A DNA stretch of 64,000 nt from Octopus bimaculoides (lineage: Eukaryota). The stretch is taken from NCBI RefSeq assembly GCF_001194135.2, contig NC_068986.1:111709301-111773300 (forward strand), given 5' to 3'. The translations under genes were made by a program, and so were the position numbers. The stretch's first letter is position 1; the number at the start of each line of letters is the position of its first letter. This document shows, one piece after another, positions 11,101-24,520 of the stretch. The notes under the pieces were generated by a model. The model was not told the DNA's origin, did no database searches, and saw only the letters and a program-made list of their open reading frames with translations.

Positions 11101-11996
11101 TACGAACTGGTTTCAAGAAATTCCTGGACTAGTTCTGTAGCGTGCCAGCAGAAGATAGCACACGGTTGAGTGCGCCAGCGAGAACTAGTAGTGATCTTTA
11201 TGAGGCGGTATGCCATGTGATATTGCTGTGTTTAGTCTGCAGGTTAAGAAATTTGTATTTTTGGGCTCGCGTGTATGATGTAGTCAGCGATTTTGTTATG
11301 GACAGGAAGTTGGAACAAAGAGCTAATGTGAAATTTGGCGTTAAACCTGGAAAGTCTGCAACAGAAACATGATACATGATTCGGCAAGCTCACAGCGACG
11401 AGGCAATGGGTCGTGCGCAATGTTTCGAGTTGCACAGGCACCTGAAGAGCGGATGAACATCTCTGGAATAATGAGCGATCTGGAATCCTGCCACGAGCGT
11501 CACGCAAGGAAATGTGGAGAAAATTCATCCGGAGAACAATCAACGATATTTTGAAACGCATGAGGTGGAGAACATTCAGAGAAAGCAACCGGATCTATGG
11601 AGCACGAAGAATCGGATTGTTCACGACAATAATGCACCCTGCCACTGATAAATCGTTAGTCGTGAGCTTCGCGCCAAAAACAACATGGTATAGTTTCCGA
11701 ATCCGCTCTAGGTTAGCACCTGCGGACTTTAATCTGTTCCCTCAGATGAAAATGCAGTTGAAAGGCCACCGCTTGAACATCGTTGTCGAGAACAAAAGCG
11801 AATCGCTGAAGGTCCTCGACTCGCTTAGAGCAAACGACTTTCAGGTTGGATTGCAAAAATGGCAGGAACGCTGAGATAGGTGTATTGCTGTCCAAGGTCA
11901 CAATTTCGAAGGGGATCATGCTAAAAGTTTGTTTAGGCTATTTTTTTTATTATTATTAAACATTAATTGTCCGGGAAGTTTTTGATAACATAACCT
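11101..11996 (+). mobile_element. Internally deleted mariner DNA transposon with degenerate TIRs; transposase pseudogene starting at ATG 11298
   Basis: MDRKLEQRANVKFGVKPGKSATET*YMIRQAHSDEAMGRAQCFE (mariner HTH start); cacgacaataatgcaccctgccac (HDNAPxH motif, frameshifted); LAPADFNLFPQMKMQLKGHR...KWQER*DRCIAVQGHNFEG. TIR-like ends: tcaagaaattcctggacta (~11113-11131) versus tgtccgggaagtttttga (~11968-11985). The catalytic mid-region is missing. Confidence 0.92.
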
Positions 11997-13905
11997 GAAC
12001 TTGACTCCAATGAATCAAAGGAGCAGATGGCCTATTGGTGTTAAAGTACTGAATATATATCCGTACTATCAAAATAATCTTTCAATTACGCGATATGAAA
12101 AGAGCAAATTTTTTTCCCCATTTCTCATTATTGTTTTCTTGTCTTATGTTTTCTAAATTTTCAACCTTCTCTATTTTGATATTTAGAATAGTATCGCCTT
12201 ATATTCTTTATTTCAATATATATTTCCCCGATAAAACAAATATGCCAAAAAGTTGTGGTTAAATATCGTACAAAGTCATACTTACTTTCCTGAATCAGGT
12301 TCGTTAATATAAAGTACTGTATTCAATAGAATTTATTTAAAAGCTACCCAATTCTTTGGATGTATCCCTACAAATCAATTTGTGCTGATGCATATATTGT
12401 ATAAATTATGTAGGTAGCTGCACGATGATATGACGGAAAATAAACAGGCCATTAATCAGTTCAAATATGTTTAAAATATATCTTGTAAAATATTTTCATA
12501 GCAGTTTTGCTACTTTAGACAAAATGTTAAATCACCCGTGGCCAACTGAGAGCGACTTCTATGGATAGTAGATACATTTCGAGTTCCTTAGCGCTCTACA
12601 GTAACAGATACCAAGAGAGGCAACTCGAATTGACAGGAAAACTGAGCTCTCGTTATAAGAATTAGTCAATGCGGTGTAGACAGCCAGCGTGGACGTGCGA
12701 AACTGACGGAAAATGAGCAAATTTTATTTATTAATAGGATGTTAAATCTTCAACAAGTCTAACGACATGGTCTACATTAAACCAAATAGGGAGCGTCAAC
12801 GTGATCGCTCAATAACAAAACAAAAAAAATAGCAACCGATTTACTCTCAGACCAGTACTGTCTAAAAAGGGGATCGGCAACATTGCATTACACAAACCAA
12901 AATACTATACTTGGAAATAAAGAAATTTACAGTGGTCCCGTCTGGAACCAATTTAATCATGTCTGCTATATTAAAGCACACCCATGGCTCACACTAACAA
13001 ATATCAATAAATTATCTATCAATGTGTCAATGTGTATCTTATCACTTAAAAAAGAGAGATAATGGAAATTGCACTCCAACGGAGACTGACTGAGGAGAAG
13101 AAAGGCGGAATGGTCACGGCTGGCTAGCATTCGATAGGATGCATGTTTGAGGAAAACTGAATTGTGGTTAAGATACTAACTCAGCAAGCTGAAGTATGCG
13201 AACCATAATTCTATCGATTCGCTTACAGTCTAGACTGAGAGATACGAAACTAAATAGCGCAATGTCTTTACTTTAGCATGTTCATACTTCCTCAGTCACA
13301 TACACTGTCTTATAAGAAATCATTGTAATAGAAACTCTATTATCTTAAAGAAGTCGTTGGTTTGTACTTATAGTTCAGCGAACACTTAAAAAGATTTCAT
13401 TCATTAAATCACGTACGAATTGTTGCGGAAAATAGATTTCTCTTTGCAAGGCAGCTTCACTTCCTCAAATGATTGGTGGAAATCTGCAAATTCCTGACAG
13501 AATACACAGATTTGTCAGTAACCTAGTTTATGACAAGCGGCCATGGGTCAGTTTTCTATGAGTTTGCTATCAGTTCTTTTGAAATTACTTCAGCCTACAC
13601 TTAATGTGATATACTAAGAATGCCAAAGAAATTTAGTACAAAATCGTATATTGTTTAATGATTTTCCTACAGTATAGACTGTAATAGAATATTCTAGTTT
13701 GGATAAGGGCCAATTCGTTCACGTCCCTGTAGATTGTGTAAACTGTAGATATATTGAAAAAAATAGTTTTCTAAATATTTATATAAGGCAATCTTAAAAA
13801 AGAATTCTGTGAACAACAACAGATTTTCTCTTTAAAATAATATATTATAGAAGTTCAGATTTTAGACAAGTCGTGAACAAACCATAGTACCATACTCTGC
13901 AACAG

Positions 13906-13991
13906 GCAAAGGGCCATTCATCTGAACGGCTTAGATTACATAGTTGTAATTCATAAGCTATTTGTGGTGTGGGTAACTTACGTTGTAACGG
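13906..13991 (+). CDS. Candidate isolated 86-nt exon (QRAIHLNGLDYIVVIHKLFVVWVTYVVT)
   Basis: Acceptor actctgcaacag, consensus donor CGG|gtaagt, one open frame. No homology recognised. Confidence 0.18.
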
Positions 13992-14417
13992 GTAAGTGAG
14001 TAATTCTAAAGTAGTCAACGATATAATTCGTATGTGGTGGGGTCAATATTTCTCAATCATTGAAAACCGTGCTTGCTAGCATAATCTTCAATAGACACAG
14101 TGAAAATATGAGATAACTGTGTAAGATTAAAACAATTCACTTAACAATATACGTGCGTAAAACTAATTTTTCAGAGTCCAGTAAATCAATAGCGGTGTAA
14201 ATAATATAGAATGTTTAATTACATGTGAGTAATGGGAAAACTGAATGTACAGAGTCTGGTGTATGGTGGCACACAATAGCTAATACACACGTTGATGATG
14301 CTTTTCCTTTAGATATTGTGATTGTTGCTGTCCTTGTTCTTGATGTTGTTTATCCCGATGTGAAACTTGTTTGGCCAGACCTAAAATCAAAAGATGTTAC
14401 AGCTATATCAACCCGAT

Positions 14418-14431
14418 TACTACTATTACTG

Positions 14432-14481
<50 letters not shown>

Positions 14482-14523
14482 GCTATCAATAATAATAATA
14501 ATGATGATAATAATAATAATAAT
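14418..14523. repeat. Compound (TAC)n-(AAT)n microsatellite
   Basis: Direct; it produces the poly-L/T/S ORF artefacts. Confidence 0.95.
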
Positions 14524-14544
14524 GGTTTTAAATGTTGCTACGTG

Positions 14545-14700
14545 AGCAGCAAATTTGGGGGAGGGGAATGAGTCGATTACATCGACCCCAGTGTTCAATT
14601 GAACTAATTTTATCGACTTCGAAAGGATGGAATGCAAAGTCGACCTCAGCGGAATTTGAACTCAGAACGTAAGGACGGACGAAATACCGATAAACATGCT
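14545..14700 (-). mobile_element. SINE, minus strand
   Basis: gtcgattacatcgaccccagtg...aaagtcgacctcagcggaatttgaactcagaacgtaa is the reverse complement of the SINE at 55815. Confidence 0.88.
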
Positions 14701-14719
14701 AACGAAAGTTGGGGGTGCT

Positions 14720-14800
14720 GAATAGTGCTTAGCAGCATTTCGTCCGTCCTTACGTTGTGAGTTCAAATTCCACCGAGCTTATCTTCCAACCTCTTTGGGG
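14720..14800 (+). mobile_element. Truncated SINE, plus strand, head-to-head with 14545-14700
   Basis: tgcttagcagcatttcgtccgtccttacgttgtgagttcaaattccaccgag. Confidence 0.85.
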
Positions 14801-14959
14801 ACGGTGAGGAAATGTGCACCATATTCCAGCTCTGGGTTCCTTTTCATTCAAATATACCCACTTTCAAACTATTTAGACATGTGCTTCTTTTACAAACGCC
14901 CCTCATCTGCATAAAAAAAGGCAGGGAATGGTAGAAACGTTAGATCACTGATCAAGGGA

Positions 14960-15190
14960 ACTTGCAATCATAAACTGTTTTAAGGCAGAAATTGAGGTAG
15001 GAGTATCGTTAACACGTCGAATGAAATCCCTAGCGCTATTTTATCCGGCTCTAGAATTTGAGATCAAAGAGTTCGACACTGTCTTTTATTTCTTTTGGGT
15101 TTGATAAATTAAGTCTAGTGGAACACTGCAGTATATGTAGTCGAGTAGTCGCCTCCTACAATGTTTGTGCTTATAGTAGAATGGATATTA
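14960..15190 (+). mobile_element. Old diverged SINE
   Basis: aaggcag...gttaacacgtcgaatgaaat...tttgataaattaagtctagt...gtgcttatagtagaa follows the layout of the 55815 copy. Confidence 0.6.
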
Positions 15191-16551
15191 GCTTACATTC
15201 TTCAATAACTTCGGTGCAAATCAACAGTGAATTATTTTTTTTTAAACATTATAAGCCGTGCGCAGAATAGAAAACAGCAAACAATCCAAGCAATAACACA
15301 TGAATTCATTTTGAAATGGTTCTGGCAAATTTAAAATTGAATATCAGAACGTTGTTGTTTTGCTTTATCGGAGAGCATCTCTTCAATTTAGACTATGTGT
15401 GGCCATAATACACGCGATTCATCGGTGTAAGGGGACTTTGAGATACATGGATGTTTCGAGTACATAGTGTGTCACTTCAGTCACAGCTAATCCGCGAGGC
15501 CGATTAATCTAACAAAAAGCACGTGCTCTTCTTTGTAACTATGAGCGAAGAAGTTATTTGTTGATGCGTGCTTCATGTCTGTCAAACAGATAATAATTCA
15601 TTGGGTGCACGTAAAATAATGAAAATCCAAACAATAACGTATCTCTTCCTTCCTTCCATTACAACCGGGAATTGCGTGTGTAATGAACACAGCTTCTAGT
15701 TGGAGGTGGTGTTGACCGAGGAAGAAAAACAACAGCGATCAGATATTCACTTTCAATTCTGCCAGAATGTATTAAGAATTTATAGATTCGTCATTGTCTT
15801 CAGCAAAAATTTTCCGCGTGTACACGAACTCAATATTAGCAAGTTCAAATCACGCCGAGGTGAACTTCTCATCTCTTATTTCTGTGGGTGATAAAATAAA
15901 AGAACAATACGCACAAGAATCGATATTTCTTTGATTGTATACAACACGAACGTTATGGAATAGTGTCAATGTCGAAAACTAATAATATTAATTGAGGCCT
16001 TTATGTCAGCAATGTGCATTGTTCAGTTTTATAAATTAAAGTTCTGAGTGTAACAGATTTTATACAACGGTCCATTTGATAGACTTACTAAGTTCCCTAA
16101 AATATTCGTGCAATTTAGTCAGTGTAACCTAGTTCAACATCCGTGGAGCAGATGTATAGTTGTGGACGGCCCCGAATCACCGTCTAAACATAGATTTGAT
16201 GTCTTATGTTTATTTTGTTTTCTTAGATTGTGTTTTTAAAGCCCGAAGAATGTGGTCTGAAGGAAATATAACTGCTGTTTCAGATGTGAATAACGACAGC
16301 AGTCATAGGTCTCATGTTGAGATTCTCATACAAAAGTATAAAGCATATTCGATACTGTTGCTCATGAATTCTATGCAGTCATATTCCACGTGCTCGTAAT
16401 GGTTTGATATTCTTGCATGCATTTTAATTCCCATTCCACTAATTAATGAGTTGATATTACTTAACACGAGAAGGTACATTGTATGTCAAATAGAATAAAC
16501 TTACATACATATACATATATACAAGTGTATTTGAATGTGTTTGTATATATT

Positions 16552-16586
<35 letters not shown>

Positions 16587-16736
16587 ATATGCTTGTCTGT
16601 ACATATATGAGTCTATGTACATGCACACACACACACACACACCCACATATATACATATATAAACATGTAATTTCATCTAGGTATCTATTAGTTCTCTTTC
16701 TCTCTCTCACTATATATAAGGCAGAAAGTATGGTCG

Positions 16737-16831
<95 letters not shown>

Positions 16832-18063
16832 ACATGACTACCTGAGTGAACACATGCATATACGGAAAAATTGACAAATCGAATGTGATTTCTAGTTTGC
16901 CTGTCACACATCTCTATCACCGACCGTTTTCAAATATAGTGTGTACTTGTCTTGCCAAAGATCAGTCATCCTAGATTATTTTAGCGTTCTTCTAACAAAT
17001 TCCTTGAACAATGCTTTGATCACTCCGAGGCTATTTCAGAAAAGAATAGACTCTGTTGCTTACTGGGGTGATCCTATACTCGTGGAAATAACTAATAAAC
17101 CGGACATAATAATATTTGCTGAGATTATTAAGGATTAATTTGAAAATATTGTGTGGAAAACATTGAAATTGATGAATGTATAGCTGACGATAGTAAACAA
17201 CACTTCCATAGAAAATGCAAACGTACTGAATTTAAGCTAGTTTAGAAATTTATCGAAAGAAGCGTTCATACATACTCTATAGAATATTAATATATGTAAA
17301 TATTATATTTATAGAAGAGAAAAAAACTAATGATCATTAAATGCACCAGATATGAGGTAAATGTAAGAAATACGGCTATGTGGAAAGCTTGCAGAAAATT
17401 GAACATCTATATTCAATCACATGAAAAATGTATCGTAAAATAAAAAATAAAAAATAAAAACAACTAAAAACTTAAAAACAAAAGAAAAAAAAACAAAACA
17501 AAAAGAAATTTTCTGCCTTTTAATATGCTTAGACATATTAGATGTGAGAACATTTTAAACGCGCTGAGAAAGAATAACTGGGATTTTTCATACAAAGAGA
17601 ACTTCTATTTATCACTTAAAAACTAATTCCATTTCACAGCTAACTGAAATAATAGCTGTAGGTAAATCTTGAATACGAAATGCCATCTTTCACAGAAGTC
17701 ACATCTCTGTCAGTTCAGAATACAAAAGTCTTATTATATCGGCATTAGTGGATGGAAAGAAATAGTGGAATGAAAACAGCTTGTTGATATGAGGATACGA
17801 TTGAAGATAGAGACAACACAAGTCCTGAACTGCGTATTACGTTAGACAGCATCGCAGATTGTTGGCGCTCAACAGTAATCTATCAGACGTAGATTCAATA
17901 TAGTGAAGGAATATAAATCAACCGATAAAACTGGATTGTTCTTGGGGAGAGTTTGTATATATATTATTTTTTATATATATATATTTATTTCCTTACTCAT
18001 TTATACGTGGTGCGTGAGAATGTCTGTCTAGATGCATATATATATACACGTACATGTGTATAC

Positions 18064-18124
<61 letters not shown>

Positions 18125-18278
18125 NNNNNNNNNNNNNNNNNNNNNNNNNNNNNNNNNNNNNNNNNNNNNNNNNNNNNNNNNNNNNNNNNNNNNNNNNNNN
18201 NNNNNNNNNNNNNNNNNNNNNNNNNNNNNNNNNNNNNNNNNNNNNNNNNNNNNNNATATATAGGTGCATGTATGTACT

Positions 18279-18320
<42 letters not shown>

Positions 18321-18652
18321 TATACATGCACATACGCACGCACACATATTTATACATGCAGACACATTAATAGTTGAAGATAATTCAAAGATATATGGCG
18401 AGGTGAACGTCTTTCAGATTTCCTCTGCATTGCATTTGTTGGCCGTAATATTAGATATCAGGAAATATTGTCTTAAAGAAATATTTATAAGCATTCTTTG
18501 TCTATTCCTCAAATCGGTATATTCGGGTGTATCTATAATCGGCTGCTAAAGACCATTGCAACTCACATACTCATGAGCACACATATATCTGTATATACAC
18601 ATATACTAACACATATATTTACATAAACCCATATGTGTATATGTATGTATGT

Positions 18653-18699
<47 letters not shown>

Positions 18700-19616
18700 N
18701 NNNNNNNNNNNNNNNNNNNNNNNNNNNNNNNNNNNNNNNNNNNNNNNNNNNNNNNNNNNNNNNNNNNNNNNNNNNNNNNNNNNNNNNNNNNNNNNNNNNN
18801 NNNNNNNNNNNNNNNNNNNNNNNNNNNNNNNNNNNNNNNNNNNNNNNNNNNNNNNNNNNNNNNNNNNNNNNNNNNNNNNNNNNNNNNNNNNNNNNNNNNN
18901 NNNNNNNNNNNNNNNNNNNNNNNNNNNNNNNNNNNNNNNNNNNNNNNNNNNNNNNNNNNNNNNNNNNNNNNNNNNNNNNNNNNNNNNNNNNNNNNNNNNN
19001 NNNNNNNNNNNNNNNNNNNNNNNNNNNNNNNNNNNNNNNNNNNNNNNNNNNNNNNNNNNNNNNNNNNNNNNNNNNNNNNNNNNNNNNNNNNNNNNNNNNN
19101 NNNNNNNNNNNNNNNNNNNNNNNNNNNNNNNNNNNNNNNNNNNNNNNNNNNNNNNNNNNNNNNNNNNNNNNNNNNNNNNNNNNNNNNNNNNNNNNNNNNN
19201 NNNNNNNNNNNNNNNNNNNNNNNNNNNNNNNNNNNNNNNNNNNNNNNNNNNNNNNNNNNNNNNNNNNNNNNNNNNNNNNNNNNNNNNNNNNNNNNNNNNN
19301 NNNNNNNNNNNNNNNNNNNNNNNNNNNNNNNNNNNNNNNNNNNNNNNNNNNNNNNNNNNNNNNNNNNNNNNNNNNNNNNNNNNNNNNNNNNNNNNNNNNN
19401 NNNNNNNNNNNNNNNNNNNNNNNNNNNNNNNNNNNNNNNNNNNNNNNNNNNNNNNNNNNNNNNNNNNNNNNNNNNNNNNNNNNNNNNNNNNNNNNNNNNN
19501 NNNNNNNNNNNNNNNNNNNNNNNNNNNNNNNNNNNNNNNNNNNNNNNNNNNNNNNNNNNNNNNNNNNNNNNNNNNNNNNNNNNNNNNNNNNNNNNNNNNN
19601 NNNNNNNNNNNNNNNN

Positions 19617-19682
<66 letters not shown>

Positions 19683-19789
19683 ACACACAGACACACACAC
19701 GCATACACACACGCACACACACACACACACACGCACACACAAACACATACACATAATGACAGCATTAGATGTGACATCATTTTGAAATA

Positions 19790-20010
19790 TGTTTCGACCC
19801 CACGCTCTTTCTATTTAACTTTAATTTGATGATTTGGTTCGTTCCACTTTGAGCATCATATCCATGATTATGAAGATGGTATTGTTGCTATGATTGGAGT
19901 GGTCTACTAGCATTCCTTGGTTTTAAAGATGTGAATACCTGTCCTTCTGACAGGCCTTTGATCTACTCCTCAGAGACATCCCTTCCTGAGGGCATCATCG
20001 TAAATAGTCT
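19790..20010 (-). mobile_element. Possible PLE relic
   Basis: Minus-strand AKTIYDDALRKG resembles the PLE linker motif A...Y..AL..SGY. Downstream gaaagagcgtggggtcgaaac resembles the hammerhead-like head at 43120-43140. Confidence 0.25.
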
Positions 20011-20428
20011 TCGCAACTATATTATTTATGCATGTATGAGTATGTATGCATATATATCTGCATGCTTGTAGACATGTGAGTATATTAGAACCAAACGCGT
20101 GTATCTGATATTGCTGTATTTTCGCATTATATCCAGAGAGTAAGTTGATTACAAAGTGCGGAATGAACAGTGATTGTTTGGTTAACCTAAAAATGTCTGT
20201 CCTGAATGTATCTTATGATACACTTGACGGACTACACCGTAAAACAGTTGACGGGTTAACAGCTCTCATAGCTTTTCTCATATATAGGCCCCGGCCTGAG
20301 ATGAATAGAATCATCACAATATGCATTCCACTCTGACCATCATGTTCATGTGTATGAAGATGGAATATATATATATAAAATGTCTTTCTACTTTAATAGT
20401 GTAGGATATTCTTTGAAGAACATTTGTT

Positions 20429-20506
20429 TAGTTTTGTAGGATGTAGTCAGCCACAGTACGCCTCCTTTCTCTCATATCTATGCTCCTGTGTAACCATGAC
20501 AAAACA
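20429..20506. repeat. 78-bp local duplication, copy 1 (copy 2 at 21922-21999)
   Basis: 70/78 identity, no indels, by manual alignment. Confidence 0.92.
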
Positions 20507-21921
20507 CTGCAAGTGTCACAGCAAAATTAGCATATCCATGATGTTCGATTGAGAAAGAGGTTTATTCAGAGGAATGCTATGTGACTTTAGCTCATTGATT
20601 CAAAGAACATATAGCAAAGAAGCAGAACGAAACAAAGCTAATGCAAACACATACAAAGGAATAAAGAATACGGACGTCCATAATTTGAATTCATTATGGA
20701 TCTTTATTTTTAAGATTATATGTTTCCGTTCTATCGAAGACTTAGATTGTTGTGGCCAACATCCAATCAAGTATGAGATTGGTTGATTTGGTCTCTATTT
20801 TGCAGGATTATGGTGAAATAATTTATAGTGTATGTGTGGGATGCTGGAAATAGTGGGAGGAAAATCAAATAGATATTGAATGCAGTTTCATTGGAAAGGC
20901 AAATATTAGAAAGCTCATGTGTGTGCACGTAAAACAAATATTTTCAAATGCAAAGCATGTATATCGCAGGTACGCTTCTGAATTGATGCTTGTTGTTTCT
21001 ATTTATTCTAACCTATCCTATCTATTTATCACTCTATTTATCCTCCGTTTGACAGCAAGAATAACGAGCAGAAAAAAATAATAGAGTTAGAGAAATACAC
21101 GGAAAATGAATGCGAGAATAGCAAACACATATACAAATATAAACACACACACGCGTAAATACGGTCAAACACACACACAGACGCATATGCATATGTGTGT
21201 GTGTATGCATATGTACTCATGTACATGCATGTGATAAAGATGAACAACATTAAAATAAAATGTATAAAGAATTGAAATCCGCGCTTTGTCTTTGAGTTAA
21301 AGACGTGAAAATTATACGACAAGCGTAAGTTTTGTTGCGAAGATTATATATTTTATTCATGTCAGTATAACAATTACCACATGGGAAAAATACGAAGGGT
21401 GAGATATATATGGCGTGGTGTTGGAAACTAGGTGTTAGGGCAGGTCGATTGATACTGGATGATTTCCAATTCTTAAGCAAATAATAGAAAGCTATAAATG
21501 AAAGGGTAGTTTGTATTTGGGGAGAAGACATGATTACAAGCCTAGAGAATAGCATACTAACACCGAGAATTTACACGGAGTGTACACAGACATGTATGCC
21601 ATTCAAACTTATTTGTTTATACAGGGACAAAGTTCACACGCACAGACAATTATTTGAATGTATAGATATATAAACCCACTCAGGCACAGTCACGAATCTG
21701 TATGTAGGTACAGATGTATGTAAAATACATGTATTGCATATTTGTTCGTATGTATGTATCTATTTATCTGTCTAACATTCTATCCGTTTCTTTGTCTGTC
21801 TGCCTATCAATTTATGTATGTACATACGTATCATTCTCTCTCTCTCCCTTTTTTACTCTCTCTCTGTGTATATATGTGTGTGTGTGTATGTGTGCGTGAT
21901 ATTGTTTGCGGTATATTTGAG

Positions 21922-21999
21922 TAGTTTTGTAGGATGTAGTCGACCGCAGTGCGCCTCCTTTCTTTAATATCTAAGCTTCTGTGTAACCATGACAAAACA
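21922..21999. repeat. 78-bp local duplication, copy 2
   Basis: tagttttgtaggatgtagtc...ctgtgtaaccatgacaaaaca is shared with 20429-20506. Confidence 0.92.
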
Positions 22000-22013
22000 G
22001 AGGAATATATATA

Positions 22014-22091
<78 letters not shown>

Positions 22092-24334
22092 CATGCGTGT
22101 GTTTGTGTGTGGGTATGAACATACGTGGATGTGTGAATATGAATATATTTGTGTCTGTGACAATATATATGGATATATGCTTATGTACACAAACGCACAC
22201 ACATATGTATATATGAGTATACATAAATATACCGATGCATCTGTACATATGCGGCATCCCTTGTATCATTGCTTGTAGTGGAGATGCGTATTTCAGGCCG
22301 ACACATAGGTAAGTGATTTCGAATCATGAACTCTCGAGCATTTTGTTCTTTTTTTTTTTTTTTCAAAACGTTATTAGGCAGTGGACTTTCGAAAATCTAA
22401 TTTGATACTTGTTTACTTTCGTGGAGTCGTTAAAGAACAATTCCATACGATTTAAATGATTGGCATGTGTACAGAGGCCACGAAATGATACAAGAATACA
22501 CACACTCACACCCACATACATACGTACAACTTCCATCAGTATGTTAATCCTTAAAAACATGCCTTACCTTTACAAACCAAAGTACAGAAATAGATTATCT
22601 TACATTCCTTCGACGAGGACTTGAAATGTATGTCATTATTTCAAGATTCCTTGCCAATTGAGAAAGAACCGGTTACTAGCGTAGAACCAACGCTCCCTCA
22701 TTGTAACTTCAAGAACATCAACAGGATATTTTTCTATGTGCGTATGTATGTATATAAGTATGTATGTATATGTGCAGATTTGTATATTTAATTCTATATA
22801 TTCTCATGCATGTATTCTCATGCGTACAACTGCATGTCTAGGCATTTTATAATATACTTAAAAGATAGAATTCTGGAAAGTTTTGCAGTTTTATAGTGTC
22901 AATTATTTCTTATTATATATAACACAAACTTGAAACGTACATAATGTCTGATTCTACGATGTCATTATTTGATTTCGCTTCATTATTACAACTATATATG
23001 TGTGTGGGTGTGTATGTGCGTAAATATAGATATGTATATATTCATGTGTATGTATTTGTATCTGTGTCTTCTTTGTCCTATACAAAAGGGACATTCCATT
23101 AAGTTGAACATCTATTACGATTCTGTTACTGAAAGGAATTATCGTTTGGTTCTATTTGTTCCGTTTCACTCTCGATATCGATTAGCGGACTAAAGAGAAA
23201 AGAACAAAACCACCGATAGAGTAATCTACTCATCCTTTATGTCATCGTTGATATTATTATTATTATCATTATTATTATTATTATTATTGATACTACTATA
23301 GCCATTATAGCGTATAACATTAACACTTTCACTAAAGTAGTGTGGATTTTCCCGAAATAAAACTGGCAATGATGTTCGCTTATAATAAATGTTATGCCTT
23401 GTACACATAAGTTCGGCCAAAATATGACGACTCGTAAAGCCGATGGGTAGGTAGTATTGAACCTGAAATCTAATAATTTATTTAATCACCTATGGTAGAG
23501 GCATGAGCGAGTGAGGAGGGGTTGGCGTGAAAGGAAAGTGAGGAAAGAGTCGAATTGTCAATTTGGATGTTGGTTTTGATCATAGAATGTGAGTTTGCAG
23601 CCGGTAGAAGCTATGACCTCTGCATGCAATATCGATTTGCTTCGTTTAGTATTCTAAAAGGCTTTCAAGATATATATATATATANNNNNNNNNNNNNNNN
23701 NNNNNNNNNNNNNNNNNNNNNNNNNNNNNNNNNNNNNNNNNNNNNNNNNNNNNNNNNNNNNNNNNNNNNNNNNNNNNNNNNNNNNNNNNNNNNNNNNNNN
23801 NNNNNNNNNNNNNNNNNNNNNNNNNNNNNNNNNNNNNNNNNNNNNNNNNNNNNNNNNNNNNNNNNNNNNNNNNNNNNNNNNNNNNNNNNNNNNNNNNNNN
23901 NNNNNNNNNNNNNNNNNNNNNNNNNNNNNNNNNNNNNNNNNNNNNNNNNNNNNNNNNNNNNNNNNNNNNNNNNNNNNNNNNNNNNNNNNNNNNNNNNNNN
24001 NNNNNNNNNNNNNNNNNNNNNNNNNNNNNNNNNNNNNNNNNNNNNNNNNNNNNNNNNNNNNNNNNNNNNNNNNNNNNNNNNNNNNNNNNNNNNNNNNNNN
24101 NNNNNNNNNNNNNNNNNNNNNNNNNNNNNNNNNNNNNNNNNNNNNNNNNNNNNNNNNNNNNNNNNNNNNNNNNNNNNNNNNNNNNNNNNNNNNNNNNNNN
24201 NNNNNNNNNNNNNNNNNNNNNNNNNNNNNNNNNNNNNNNNNNNNNNNNNNNNNNNNNNNNNNNNNNNNNNNNNNNNNNNNNNNNNNNNNNNNNNNNNNNN
24301 NNNNNNNNNTATATATATATATGAAAGAGAGAGA

Positions 24335-24520
24335 GAGAGAGAGGTAGGTAGGTAGGTAGACAGATAAATAGATTGATAGATAGTTAGATAGACTGATAGA
24401 TAAGGAGATCGATAGATGGACAGGTAGATCGATAGATAGACAGGCAGATAGATAGATAGATAGATAGATCGGTAGTTAGGTAGAAAGATAGATAAGTAGG
24501 TAGATAGATAGAATAGCTAG
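24335..24520. repeat. Degenerate (GATA)n/(TAGG)n tetranucleotide satellite
   Basis: Direct; it abuts the LINE 3' end. Confidence 0.9.

Noticed and set aside
22279-22308. 30-nt micro-exon candidate (also 17640-17661, 16227 onward and 31773 onward)
   Set aside because: Good single splice sites, but too short or lacking a partner site. Expected by chance in 64 kb of AT-rich DNA.
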